Assembly: GCA_963837175.1 (NCBI GenBank)
Contig: CAWIMJ010000012.1
Location: 160,001-224,000 of the forward strand
DNA from: an uncultured Nitrososphaeraceae archaeon
Lineage (GTDB): Archaea; Thermoproteota; Nitrososphaeria; Nitrososphaerales; Nitrososphaeraceae
Length of the DNA stretch: 64,000 bases
Direction: 5' to 3'
The notes beneath the pieces are model-generated. The model was not told the origin of the DNA and ran no database searches. It was given only the letters and a program-made list of their open reading frames with translations. Shown here in pieces: positions 47,431 through 58,042 of the stretch (the first letter of the stretch is position 1; every line of letters begins with the position of its first letter). Position numbers and translations under genes: made by a program.

Positions 47431-49156
47431 ATGGTAAAACGAGATATTATAGTTCTAGGAATTAATGATGGTCATGATGCAGGGGCAGCATTGATAAAGA
47501 ATGGAAAAGTTATGGCAGCCGTCCAAGAGGAACGACTAAATAATATCAAGCATTTTGCAGGTATTCCAGAAAAATCTATTCTAGAAGTTTTCAAAATTGC
47601 TACAGTTGATCCCAGTGAAGTAAATTTGATATCTCTGGTCAGCTTTGACCCTCCTGGAATAGAGAATCTGAAGTCATTTAAGACTAAGACATTAATAAGA
47701 TTAAGTCCGTTATTACATTCTGATAGATTTGTCAAGTTTTACGTAAATTATAAAAAAAAACATAGGACATTTGAGCCTCTAAAAAAAATAATTGAAAAAT
47801 TAGGACTAACCAATACGGAGACAACTATAGTAGAGCATCAAACAGCTCATGCGAGCTGCGGCGTATAGAAGTTCTCCTTGGGATTACAGAGACGAAGGTA
47901 TTTTAATACTTACAGCAGATGGCTCTGGAGATGGTTTGTCTTCTACCGTAAATATCGGAACGCGTGGAGATATTCAAAGAATTGCATTTTCATCGTATTA
48001 TGATTCAGTAGGAAATGCGTTTTATACTGAAATAACTAGATTTCTTGGACTAAAGCCTTGGGATCATGAGTACAAAGTTATGGGATTAGCACCATATGGT
48101 AAGGCAGAATATTGTATAGAGCAGATGAGAAAGATAATACGCATTCATCCGGATAATCCTCTTCGATTTCAAAATACAATTGGCTCAACTGCTTCTACAA
48201 TTATCCAATCAAAACTAAGAAAATTATTGATGAACCAGCGGTTTGATAATATAGCTGCGGTTGCACAGCAACATTTTGAGGATTTAATAAAAAAATGGGT
48301 TGAAAATGCAATTAAAGCCACTGGTCTTAATAAGATTGCTTGCGCAGGCGGACTTTTCCTAAATGTTAAAGCGAACAAACTCCTTAGAGAAATCGAACAA
48401 GTAGATGACATCTTTTTCTATCCCGCGCCAGACGACGAGGGTTCTCCTGTGGGAGCTGCTCTTCAAGGATATTATGAATATTGTATAAGAGAAGGAATAA
48501 ATCCAGAACATACATCGCTTGCAGAAACTTATTATGGACCCTCATATAGCAATGATGAAATTAAAGAAATCCTTGACAGTAGTAATAAAGGTAGAAAATG
48601 GAAATGTGATTACTATGGCGATATTGATGGTAGTACAGGAGAACTATTAGCAAAAGGAAAGATCCTTGCACGATGTAGTGGAGGGCTGGAATGGGGTCCC
48701 AGAGCACTTGGCAACAGATCAATAATTGCCGATCCACGTGATATTCGAGTAATATATAAAATAAATTTTGCCATAAAGCAAAGAGATTTTTGGATGCCAT
48801 TTGCTCCCTCAATAGTAGATGACAAAAAGGAGGGATATCTTGTTAATCCAAGATTTTCCCCCTATATGATAATGGCGTTTGATTCTACCCAAGAGGGAGA
48901 AGACAGAATTCCTGCTACAATTCACCCTTTTGATAGAACGTGTAGACCGCAAACAGTAAAGAGAGAATGGAATCCCAATTATTATGAAATAATCAAAACA
49001 TTCGAATTTGCAACTGGTATAGGAGCTATCCTTAACACTTCTTTTAATCTCCATGGCTACCCTATGGTAGGCACACCTCACATGGCTTTATGGACTTTAG
49101 AGAACTCAAAATTAGATGGACTTGTTCTTGGAAATTACTTAATTATGAAGGAATAG
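47431..49156 (+). CDS. Carbamoyltransferase (NodU/CmcH family); +1 frameshift at 47853
   Basis: HDAGAA, QEERL..IKH, EHQTAHA(AAAY), DGSGD, AGGLFLNV, EWGPRALGNRSI, PFAPS, LNTSFN; the two ORFs join after removing one G. Confidence 0.9.
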
Positions 49157-49302
49157 CAATAAATCCATGACAGCATTAGTTTAAGGTATAATATGACGGT
49201 AGTAGAAAGACAATATTTCTTTTTATCTGGTTTTTATATGTATGGTGAATGCGTTACTTTTGATTCTCATTTACTCCGTTTATTAGGAAAAAAACGTCTA
49301 TT

Positions 49303-49756
49303 TCATATAATAAATGAATTTGGAGAAAGAATCAAAGACGGTGGGTTGTGTGTGTATATTACGGCAACAACTGATTTATTCGTGATCTTATGAAATTCTG
49401 AAAGGGCTTGTTGAACCTGCTCATTAGTTTCCCCTGCGTCAATTATTATGATTCCGTCGGTTCCTTCAACCATCATACTGTTAGTCATTCCATAGCCTAT
49501 GGCGGAATAAACTCCATCAGTTACCTTTACAACGGTAGGTGGAGAAAATTTCTTCGTATGTTCTACTGCGTATGGATTTTCATGAGGAATATTTGGACAC
49601 GGAACTCCTGTTAAAGATTTAGCGATGTTGATGTGTTGTTAGATTGTGGTCCATCTTGTGCATAGCCTGAGCGTGAAGTCGTAGATAATGCGGACTACCC
49701 ACAAGGCTTAACGTGAGCCCAAGAAGGATGAAAAAGCTTACGTATTGAATTTTCAT
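49303..49756 (-). pseudogene. Truncated alkyl/aryl-sulfatase (metallo-beta-lactamase fold)
   Basis: KVTDGVYSAIGYGMTNSMMVEGTDGIIIIDAGE..VVAVIYTHN, breaking at the HxHxDH motif; frameshifted signal peptide. Confidence 0.8.
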
Positions 49757-49799
49757 TGAATTCAAATGTGTTAATCTATACTATATATACATCATTAAT

Positions 49800-50392
49800 A
49801 ACAGCAGTAGAATATGAAGGCATATTGGACAAGGAAGCTAATCTAATATTGAAATTTATTCTTCAAAGCTTGTATATCGTTTATAAATATTGTCTTATGC
49901 GTTGCAGATTTTCTACTTCATCTTTTAACTGTCCATAGAGACTTTCCATATATGGAAGTTTATTAGCAGCAATATCTACAGCAAAACAACCTGCTCTATA
50001 CCAATATCTTCTTTCTTTGCCAATTGGCATAATTTTACAAAATATCTTATACCTTTATCTCCTAATTCTTTATAAGCCAAATAGAATTTATCCAGTCGCT
50101 TTAGCTTACAATATTCTATAAACAATTTACTTGCCTCTGGCTCTCTTAAGCTTAGTTGGATGGCGATTTCTAGAGGTTTCTTACCTTCAGAGAATAGTTT
50201 ATAGGCTTTGGAAGATATCTCTTCTTGTTTTTGCTGATGTTGATAGTTTTGTCGTCTGGCTTCTTCTTCCTTTAAAATAGAATGTATGTCACGAATAGAC
50301 ATTCTTTCTATCTTTGCAATCTCACGTGTAGTCTTTCCCTGATTATAAGATAGATCGATAACACGTTTTTTTCTATCTTCGCTGATTAACAT
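49800..50392 (-). pseudogene. HTH/coiled-coil protein, frameshifted near 49980
   Basis: GKTTREIAK..MSIRDI and FSEGKKPLEIAIQL HTH-like segments; coding-like continuation (KLPYMESLYGQLKDEVENLQ) in another frame. Confidence 0.6.
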
Positions 50393-50937
50393 TTGTTATT
50401 TTTACCCTACACTATAAAGAATTCAGCTTTAAAAGACTTACACTCATTGATTCCAATTGATACCTTTTTTTACTGTCTGATTTCATCTGATACCTTCTAA
50501 ACAAGGAATCTTCGTAAAATCGTAAAATACGTACAAATAATTACATTTAAGATCAACATTGTACATAATCGAAAAAAATATTTTGATATAATGCTTTTAG
50601 ATATAAACATCATCTTATATTATTCTATATATGTGATTGAGTATAGAAACGGAATAAATATTGTTATAGAGTTCCTCTTAGCAGTAACAATAGAAGAGTC
50701 GCTTGCTGCTATCAGCAGAACTACTTGGGATGAACAAACCCGTATACATGAAATATTCAATTAAATCGTCTTTATGGAGAAAGTCAATATTTGTATTGAA
50801 ACATAATGCAGATGATAGATTTGATTTTTACGTAGAAGGTAAAATCATTGACGATATTCCACAGACGGCCATACCGAAGTATTCGAATGGCTTCATATAG
50901 AACATACCCTATGTGACGGGATAGAGATAAACGTACA

Positions 50938-51074
50938 ATGCAATATGAAAATTATATCTGTCGTGAGTGCGGAAGATCTTTTACACTGCCTTTGAAAGGC
51001 ATGATGATGATAAGATTTACTGTGACGATTGTTTGTTAGACCAGCAGGATAGGAGGAGGAGGAAGAGAAAGTAA
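50938..51074 (+). CDS. CxxC-x17-CxxC Zn-ribbon small protein; one base missing near 50986
   Basis: MQYENYICRECGRSFT[x]AFERHDDDKIYCDDCLLDQQDRRRRKRK; exact x17 spacing appears after adding one base. Confidence 0.6.
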
Positions 51075-51429
51075 GCCAATAGTCAACTAATTACTATTAC
51101 CATCGATCGATTAGAACCCGGTAATCTTCTTATTCATTTGAGCTTCATAGTTCTAATGAATGATGATATAAATATATACTCCCTGCATAGTAAGATATCA
51201 AAGTAGATTGGTCAACAATAAAATAGATGCAATGTTTAATATTACTTGATTTTTGCTTATCGAATTATTCTTTTGTAGACCTTTTGAAATTTTTTTGCCC
51301 CCATAACTTTACAAGTTTACCTTTATATGCAAAATGATTTCTGTATTCATGAAAAATTAAGAAAAAGAAAAATAATTTCTAAAAACTTATTTATTCTTTA
51401 TCTGAAGGGACAGATAATATAGTATTACT

Positions 51430-52590
51430 ATGACTTTAGCATTATTATCACATATAAGAGGAGACACATATGGAGGTGCAGAAATATTTTTCTCTGATGT
51501 AGCAAAATTATTACATAATAAGCAAAGATTTGATGAAGTAATCTGTTGTTTTGCTACTTCTTATGATGAGTTTTCTGATGAGCTTCGTTTGAAGCCCTAT
51601 GGAATTAAGATAATTAATACGGGTAAAAATTTAGAGAATGTATTTCTAAATAGTAAATACTCAAAAAGTAGAAGTCTTTTGGGTTTCTATCACTCAATCC
51701 AGCTTAGAAGATTAGTTAAAGAGCTACAACCAGAATTAGTATTTATTGCTCACGAAGCTTTTAAACCCTTAGAGAGAATTATCAACAATAGTAATAATAA
51801 AAAACCTGCATTAATCCATTATGTTCATAATCCGTACGAATTTGTACCTGATCCTTCTGATCCTATTGTAAAGCTGTTTAGCTTAATTACAAATAAATAC
51901 ATTATAAAAGGAAATGATTTTAGTGATGCAGTTTTGGCAAATTCAAATTCTACAAGAAAGCAATGTATCAAAAGGTGGAACAGGAATGATTGTATTGTAT
52001 TGTATCCATCTATCAAAATAGATGAAATTTCTACTTACATTTCTTCCTCCTCCTCTTCATCCAGAGATGATATTTGCATAGTACTATCACGCCTCTCACC
52101 AGAAAAGAAAATTGAATTGGCAGTAGAGGCATTCAATACAAAACTTTTAAAAAATAAGCAGCTCTTAATAATTGGATACTTGTCACCCGAGAATAAGAAT
52201 TACTATCAGAGATTGCGTGATTTGTCTAAAAGCAATCAGAATATCAAAATCCTGCCAAACCTTAGAAGGAATGATGTCTTGACTCTCCTATCCAAAGCAA
52301 AGATTCTCTTTCATCCTATGCCAGATGAGCATTTTGGTATTGCAATTATAGAAGCCATGGCGGCTGGATGTTTACCCGTTGTACATGCATCAGGTGGTCC
52401 ACTTGAGATAGTAGAGAATGGACGGTATGGATTAACATACAGAGATGCAAGAGAGATACCAGAATTATTGAATCGGGCCTTCAACCTATCAGAGCATTTT
52501 CAACATAAAATAAAAAGTAGAGCATTGCAATTCGATATCAAACAATTTCAAGAGAAATTAATTACACTTATAAATAATGTAGGCCGCTGA
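51430..52590 (+). CDS. Glycosyltransferase family 4
   Basis: GGAE, ANS..T, SRLSPEK, EHFGIAIIEAMAAG..PV, GGPLEIV. Confidence 0.92.
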   Translation: MTLALLSHIRGDTYGGAEIFFSDVAKLLHNKQRFDEVICCFATSYDEFSDELRLKPYGIKIINTGKNLENVFLNSKYSKSRSLLGFYHSIQLRRLVKELQPELVFIAHEAFKPLERIINNSNNKKPALIHYVHNPYEFVPDPSDPIVKLFSLITNKYIIKGNDFSDAVLANSNSTRKQCIKRWNRNDCIVLYPSIKIDEISTYISSSSSSSRDDICIVLSRLSPEKKIELAVEAFNTKLLKNKQLLIIGYLSPENKNYYQRLRDLSKSNQNIKILPNLRRNDVLTLLSKAKILFHPMPDEHFGIAIIEAMAAGCLPVVHASGGPLEIVENGRYGLTYRDAREIPELLNRAFNLSEHFQHKIKSRALQFDIKQFQEKLITLINNVGR

Positions 52591-53018
52591 CATCGTTATT
52601 GACTGAAGGATAGATCTTTATTGTAATAATACAGCTTTCATACCTCATTTTTACGATTTTTAATGCTAGAATATGGAGAACTGCAGCAAAGATACTCCAA
52701 TTGAGCGAAAGGAGATAACTAAATCAAATAAATGAGTAAGAACTAACGACCAGGATATCAAGGAATAAGGTTTAATAATATGACGATGGAGAAGTGAGGC
52801 TTGCGCTTTCAAAAGATCAAGTATAGTCGCAATTTGAAACAAATAGTCCAGGTTATTATGAAGATAAAAATGTTATAAGCGGAAGGATAAGCAATACTAC
52901 AACCTAGATTAGTTATAATAGCATATTATTGCACCTGCGAGAATATCAAAAGGGTAAAAGGATTCAATAGAAGAGATATTTAGCCGTTCTTCTGTCGCTG
53001 TATGAGCCTTGCATGTAA

Positions 53019-53924
53019 ATGGCCTTATCTGTCGCAGATGTTAGACCTATTAATCATGTTGCCCAAATACAAAATTGGAGGATGAAATTCAAAGAGTTAT
53101 TTCCATTAATAGCCATTATATCTATAATCTTAATAATCGGAGGTATTTTAATGGTAACCAATCTTTTACCTGAACAACTGGCACAGCGTTATAACCCTCT
53201 ATCTGAAGTCTCGATAAAGACTGATTACAGAGTAATAAAAACTCCTAGTCTGCAAGATAACACTTTCATCTATGCCATAAATTCTGTTGCAGAAAAAGCT
53301 TTACGTATGGCTCAGAATGACACAAGGGTAAAGCAAATAATCAATGAACAAAAAGATAAAGCAGTGACGATAGCTGCAATACAGCCTATCCTTATGGAAG
53401 GCAAGAATGGAAAACTCATTTACAATTCTCCTGGTCAGATCATAATAACATCTAATTGGCAATATGTTGAAGGAAAATTATACTCGAATGCAGCAAATTT
53501 CAATGAGCTTCAGAATAAAATTGGTCAATCGTATCAGCATGTCTGGAAGGTATTTGTCGATTTGAATAAACGCACGGTCACCAGCATAACAGAAGAGCCT
53601 GAAAGGGTTATGAGGGTGACGTTTAAGCCGAATCTCATATATGCTGGAGTAAACATGTTCGTGCCAGATACAGTTAAGGTAAACTCTGGCTCGGCAATAA
53701 CGTGGTTCAACAATTCTGATCTTCCTCACAACGTAGTCGGCATCTACAAAAAAACTGGATCTGAATCACAGCAGCAGATCCCAATAGATAGTGGTTTTAT
53801 AGAGCCTAATGGATCATGGAAATACAATTTCAATGATGATGGGGTTTTTGAATATCATTGTTCAATCCATTCAGAAGCTGGAATGAAAGGCATAATCGTA
53901 GTATCGTCTAGTAGTCAACTATGA
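53019..53924 (+). CDS. Membrane-anchored plastocyanin/cupredoxin (type-1 Cu) domain protein
   Basis: N-terminal TM; C-terminal W.N.DLPHNV and YHCSIH..GMKG with His/Cys/His/Met ligands. Confidence 0.9.
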   Translation: MALSVADVRPINHVAQIQNWRMKFKELFPLIAIISIILIIGGILMVTNLLPEQLAQRYNPLSEVSIKTDYRVIKTPSLQDNTFIYAINSVAEKALRMAQNDTRVKQIINEQKDKAVTIAAIQPILMEGKNGKLIYNSPGQIIITSNWQYVEGKLYSNAANFNELQNKIGQSYQHVWKVFVDLNKRTVTSITEEPERVMRVTFKPNLIYAGVNMFVPDTVKVNSGSAITWFNNSDLPHNVVGIYKKTGSESQQQIPIDSGFIEPNGSWKYNFNDDGVFEYHCSIHSEAGMKGIIVVSSSSQL

Positions 53925-54216
53925 CTTATGTGGTGGTATATGTTATAGCTAATGCTCAGTCTATATCTAATCTGTTACTTTAGTCTACTTGTTGTTGGAC
54001 GCTATATTCGCTCACTTGCATAGGACTTGTAGTATTGGTTTTGGATTGTCGCGTTATTATGCTTTGGATCGAATTGTAACACTCCTTTGTTATCAGCTGG
54101 ATCAACAAATCTTGCAAACTGAATTGTATTGTTATTGTTGTTGTTGTTGTAAGCTATGAACCTCAAACCATATTTATAATTTGTAATACTATGATTAACA
54201 TGAGGTGTATAAGCAT

Positions 54217-54507
54217 ATGACAACAACGAACTCTCAACAGTTTACATCCAGTCAGAACATACCCCAAGACGCAATAAAACATAAAAAATTAACAAAGGTC
54301 ACATCAGGGTATTTAGAAATAGAACATTTTGTGAATTCTGATACTCATACAGGATATTTTTGTTATAATTGTGACTATTTCATAAAACCACATCATTGCG
54401 CAATTGTCACAGATGAAGGACAGGACATTAAGGGTAATGTATCAGGTATTATTGCTCCTCATGCAATATGCTCCTTATGGACACCAAATGAAAAGGAGAT
54501 TCGCTAA
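54217..54507 (+). CDS. Small 4-Cys protein, HiPIP-like (paralog 1)
   Basis: GY, then C-x2-C-x8-C-x23-C-SLW; GAGGTG 10 nt upstream of the ATG. Confidence 0.6.
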   Translation: MTTTNSQQFTSSQNIPQDAIKHKKLTKVTSGYLEIEHFVNSDTHTGYFCYNCDYFIKPHHCAIVTDEGQDIKGNVSGIIAPHAICSLWTPNEKEIR

Positions 54508-54511
54508 AGCT

Positions 54512-54887
54512 ATGTCTGACAAAAACATATTTGAAAAAGCAAAAGATATGATTGGAAATGTGACAAAATTCCAGAAACAAAGTAAATTAAAAGCAGGTTA
54601 TCTTGAGTGTGATGAATTTAAAGATTCTAACTATGAAGAAGGATATTTTTGCTACAACTGCATATACTGGATGGATACAAGTGGAGGAAAATGTATGATA
54701 GTAGAAGATGAAGGACCTGATATCTTTGGAAAGACATCTGGAGTAATAGCTCCCCATGGTTGCTGCAACGGATATGAGGCTAACTATGACAAAATTCATG
54801 ATACGAGAAAAGATACTACTTTCTACTACTGCTACTACCACGACTACTACAACAGCAGCAGATAGTACTACTACTACAGATACGTGA
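54512..54887 (+). CDS. Small 4-Cys protein, HiPIP-like (paralog 2); Thr-rich tail probably frameshifted near 54821
   Basis: GY, then C-x2-C-x10-C-x23-C-NGY; shares GYLE, GYFCYNC, IV.DEG.DI.G..SG.IAPH with paralog 1. Confidence 0.6.
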
Positions 54888-55343
54888 TAGGAAAATTCGT
54901 AAACTGATAAGTAATAATAATAATTAAATCCAATCAGATATTATTGAAATTATCATCTGTTACAAACCATCAACCGATTTTACATAATTGAAACGTAACA
55001 CTCCTTTTTTCAGGATGTGATTTTGGTACTTTGAATCTATTTCTAAAACTAAATCGTAGAAATATACGTATAATGCGTACATGATTTCATAGTAGTGCAT
55101 AGTAGTGGAATATTCTCTTCCTTTCAAATGCTAACATATAATAATAAATAGAGAATAGCATTCACTTGGATTCCTTATTAGGCTAACAGAGCCATCTGAC
55201 CAGTAATATATAATAATTCGTTGTTAATTCATGAAATCCTCTTTAGTAAAAATCATTCTTGATGATTCTATAATATCTCTATGTATAATAACATTCCAAG
55301 TCAATATTACATTATAATTAGCTCTTCTAATTTACTAACACTG

Positions 55344-55814
55344 CTATTCAAACTTCATGCAGATATCTTGATATGTATATCCCAGCTTTTGGTAAAATGG
55401 CAATGTCTGCTCTGCACAATCAAGCACAATCTTTATACAACCCATTTTATTTTTTGCATATTCGGTTACATGTTTTACTAACTTAGAACCAATACTCATT
55501 CCTTGATAGCCAGGTCTGACTGCAACATCTTCTATATGGCCAACTCTTGCTCCACCTGCAATAAACTTGGGTTCTACAATCAAAGTAGTTGTACCCAAGA
55601 CTTTGTTCTTTTCCTTATTTTCTGTCTTCTTACCAACATCATCCTCAACAACAACTGCCACGAAAACCTTGTGGAGTGGATTTGATTTGATAATAGTCAA
55701 AATTTGAATTGCAGTATATTTGTCAATTCGTGCTGGAACAAGGCTATCATAGACTTCAAGAAACCCACGGTCTAGGTCTTCATATTCCATTTCTCTTATG
55801 ATGATCAATGACAT
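55344..55814 (-). CDS. GNAT acetyltransferase, glucosamine-6-phosphate N-acetyltransferase (GNA1)-like
   Basis: D..RGFL, LIVEPKFI, GHIEDVAV, YQG.SIG, KIVLDC, FYQKLG. Confidence 0.85.
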   Translation of the reverse strand: MSLIIIREMEYEDLDRGFLEVYDSLVPARIDKYTAIQILTIIKSNPLHKVFVAVVVEDDVGKKTENKEKNKVLGTTTLIVEPKFIAGGARVGHIEDVAVRPGYQGMSIGSKLVKHVTEYAKNKMGCIKIVLDCAEQTLPFYQKLGYTYQDICMKFE

Positions 55815-56523
55815 CACTATATCCGACAAAGACATAATTGTTGGCTTGGAGTTTTTGCATCATTTCTTTTTGGTCCTGCAAAGCTTGTAATGGGTCTTTT
55901 GGATGAATTGCTATTCTTATAAAATTTGTTTTTTTTGCAAGAAGATTGTCAAACATTCTCCTATTTGGTTTCAGAGATTCAATATTCTGGTCTGGTTCTC
56001 CTTTCACATCCCAGTTCAAAACAGGATCAGTTTTTGTCATTTTTATGGAGTATGAATCTCTATCTTGTTTTGGTTCAAAAAACAAAAAGGTGTCTGTCGT
56101 TTCAGCTAGTTTGAATTCCAAGTCTTCAAGAATCTGCAATGATTCAACATTCAGATACCAAGATGGAGGCACAAATGTCTTGACTCTATCAAATCCAGCA
56201 TCAGTGAGGATTTGAAGACCGGATTTTATTTCGACTTCTGATTGTTGTTTTGATCTTGCATGAAAATCATCTAGATTTCCTTTCTTGTCGTTATGATATA
56301 AACCATGTAATGCTATTTCTAGTGTGCGATAACTTTTGATTTTTTCTACAAACTCTGGATAATTTGTTATTTTTTGTTCTTCTTTGTAAAATGGAATAAT
56401 AGCAATATTAAACTTTATGTTTAGTTTAACTAGTTCGTCTGCGAACTCATATATCTTTTCTTCAAATACAGGAGCAGCGTCGTGTATTGTAATTATTGCA
56501 AGTCTCCTTTTTTTGTCAATCAT
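55780..56523 (-). CDS. Polysaccharide deacetylase-like (DUF2334) protein
   Basis: IHDAAP, EIALHGLYH, FVPPSW, RIAIHP. Confidence 0.8.
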   Translation of the reverse strand: MIDKKRRLAIITIHDAAPVFEEKIYEFADELVKLNIKFNIAIIPFYKEEQKITNYPEFVEKIKSYRTLEIALHGLYHNDKKGNLDDFHARSKQQSEVEIKSGLQILTDAGFDRVKTFVPPSWYLNVESLQILEDLEFKLAETTDTFLFFEPKQDRDSYSIKMTKTDPVLNWDVKGEPDQNIESLKPNRRMFDNLLAKKTNFIRIAIHPKDPLQALQDQKEMMQKLQANNYVFVGYSDVIDHHKRNGI

Positions 56524-56999
56524 TTGCTACTTCTTCTTCTATAGTTGTATTTACTCGTTTATTACAGATTTAGCCAGATACTACTATAACTATCACGTTT
56601 ATCGTATCTTTGGATGCGATATGCGGTCTATTCCATTATCTTCGAAAAGATCCAAGATAGATGACGATAATTAAAGATTTGGTAATAGTAACCCACTTTT
56701 TTTATAAATAATTTTCATTAATACAGCAAAATTAAAATCAGTAAAATCCTATTTAGGTATCAATTGGAACGTTTGAGGGCATATATCCACTTATGATTGC
56801 AGTATCTCCACTTTTAATTATATATGTCCGATATTGCAATTCAATAGTACTACTTCTGTGCTTGGTGAAGATATTTTGAGTGGAGGAAATTTCCATATCT
56901 TGCCTGATGACTGACTAATTCCTTAGTCAGGATTTTGATATTCTAAAACGTCTCATATAAAGACACATATAGAATTCAGACCATAGTATAATCACTTTC

Positions 57000-57873
57000 A
57001 TGGCTCGCTACTACTACCAATACCATTAATACAGATATTAATCCAAAGAATAGTAGAAGACCACAGCAAAAAGTACAAACAATTCCTCAAGCAGAGAGTA
57101 TAATCTCTAGTCAAGTATCGGCTAATAGAAGAAATGAAATCCATGAGTACCTAAAGCTGTTTGGATACAAGGCAGATAAGACAATTATTCAAGTGCATAT
57201 AACTGGATTCTTCCGTAAGAAGGGGCAACAACAGTCTAACCAGAAAGAAAAAGAACGTCATACGGCAGCAGTAAAAAAATACGGAGGAACTTCTTTTGTA
57301 ATTGTAGGTAGAACACATGATCCATCAATAATAGAAAATGTTGTCAAACCTAAAAAGAAAAATGCTCTAGATGCAAGTCCAGGATATGTAGGCTATTTGT
57401 GGAAGAATAAAGATCCTCAGAAAAGAGCACCACATGAATTAATACCTCTAGATTTTACTCCAATTCATCTACCATATCCTACAGATTGGAAAAATATGTT
57501 TGCAACCAAAGGATTTATGTTAGCATTACATGTTCCTGCTTCTTTTGCTAGGGATAAAAACAGACTTACAAGGGCTCTTTATCGTATTGGTAAAAGTGGT
57601 ATTGTTATTGATGTCAAAAAGGAATGGACATTTATTAATGATATAAGGCAATTTGGAATTAATAATACACAGCACCAGATCACTAAGACCACCCCTAAAA
57701 CAAACAACATACGAGGTAGTATTACTATGGATTATGATATTAATAACGAAGGAAGAAGGAAGGTTATTGATAATAATAATGAAGATCCCGTTAGGATAAT
57801 CAAAAGGAGATTAGCCAAAGGAGAAATTAGCAAGGAAGAATATGAAGAGTTGAGAAAGGCAATAGAATTATAA
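57000..57873 (+). CDS. SHOCT-domain protein; probable +1 frameshift at 57006
   Basis: C-terminal IIKRRLAKGEISKEEYEELRK; frame open back to 57007 and joins ATG 57000 after removing one C. Confidence 0.7.
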
Positions 57874-58042
57874 AATGTATTGGGACAGTAGTTAACTTTG
57901 CTAATGCAGCAAAGCAAAAAATAATTTTTTTATCTTCTTAGTACTCTGCTGACTCTTATTTTATGAAGTATAAGAGATACTTATCCAAGTTTGCTTTTTT
58001 AACATAAATTGGCATTATTTATTTTTTTATTATTTGTTATTA

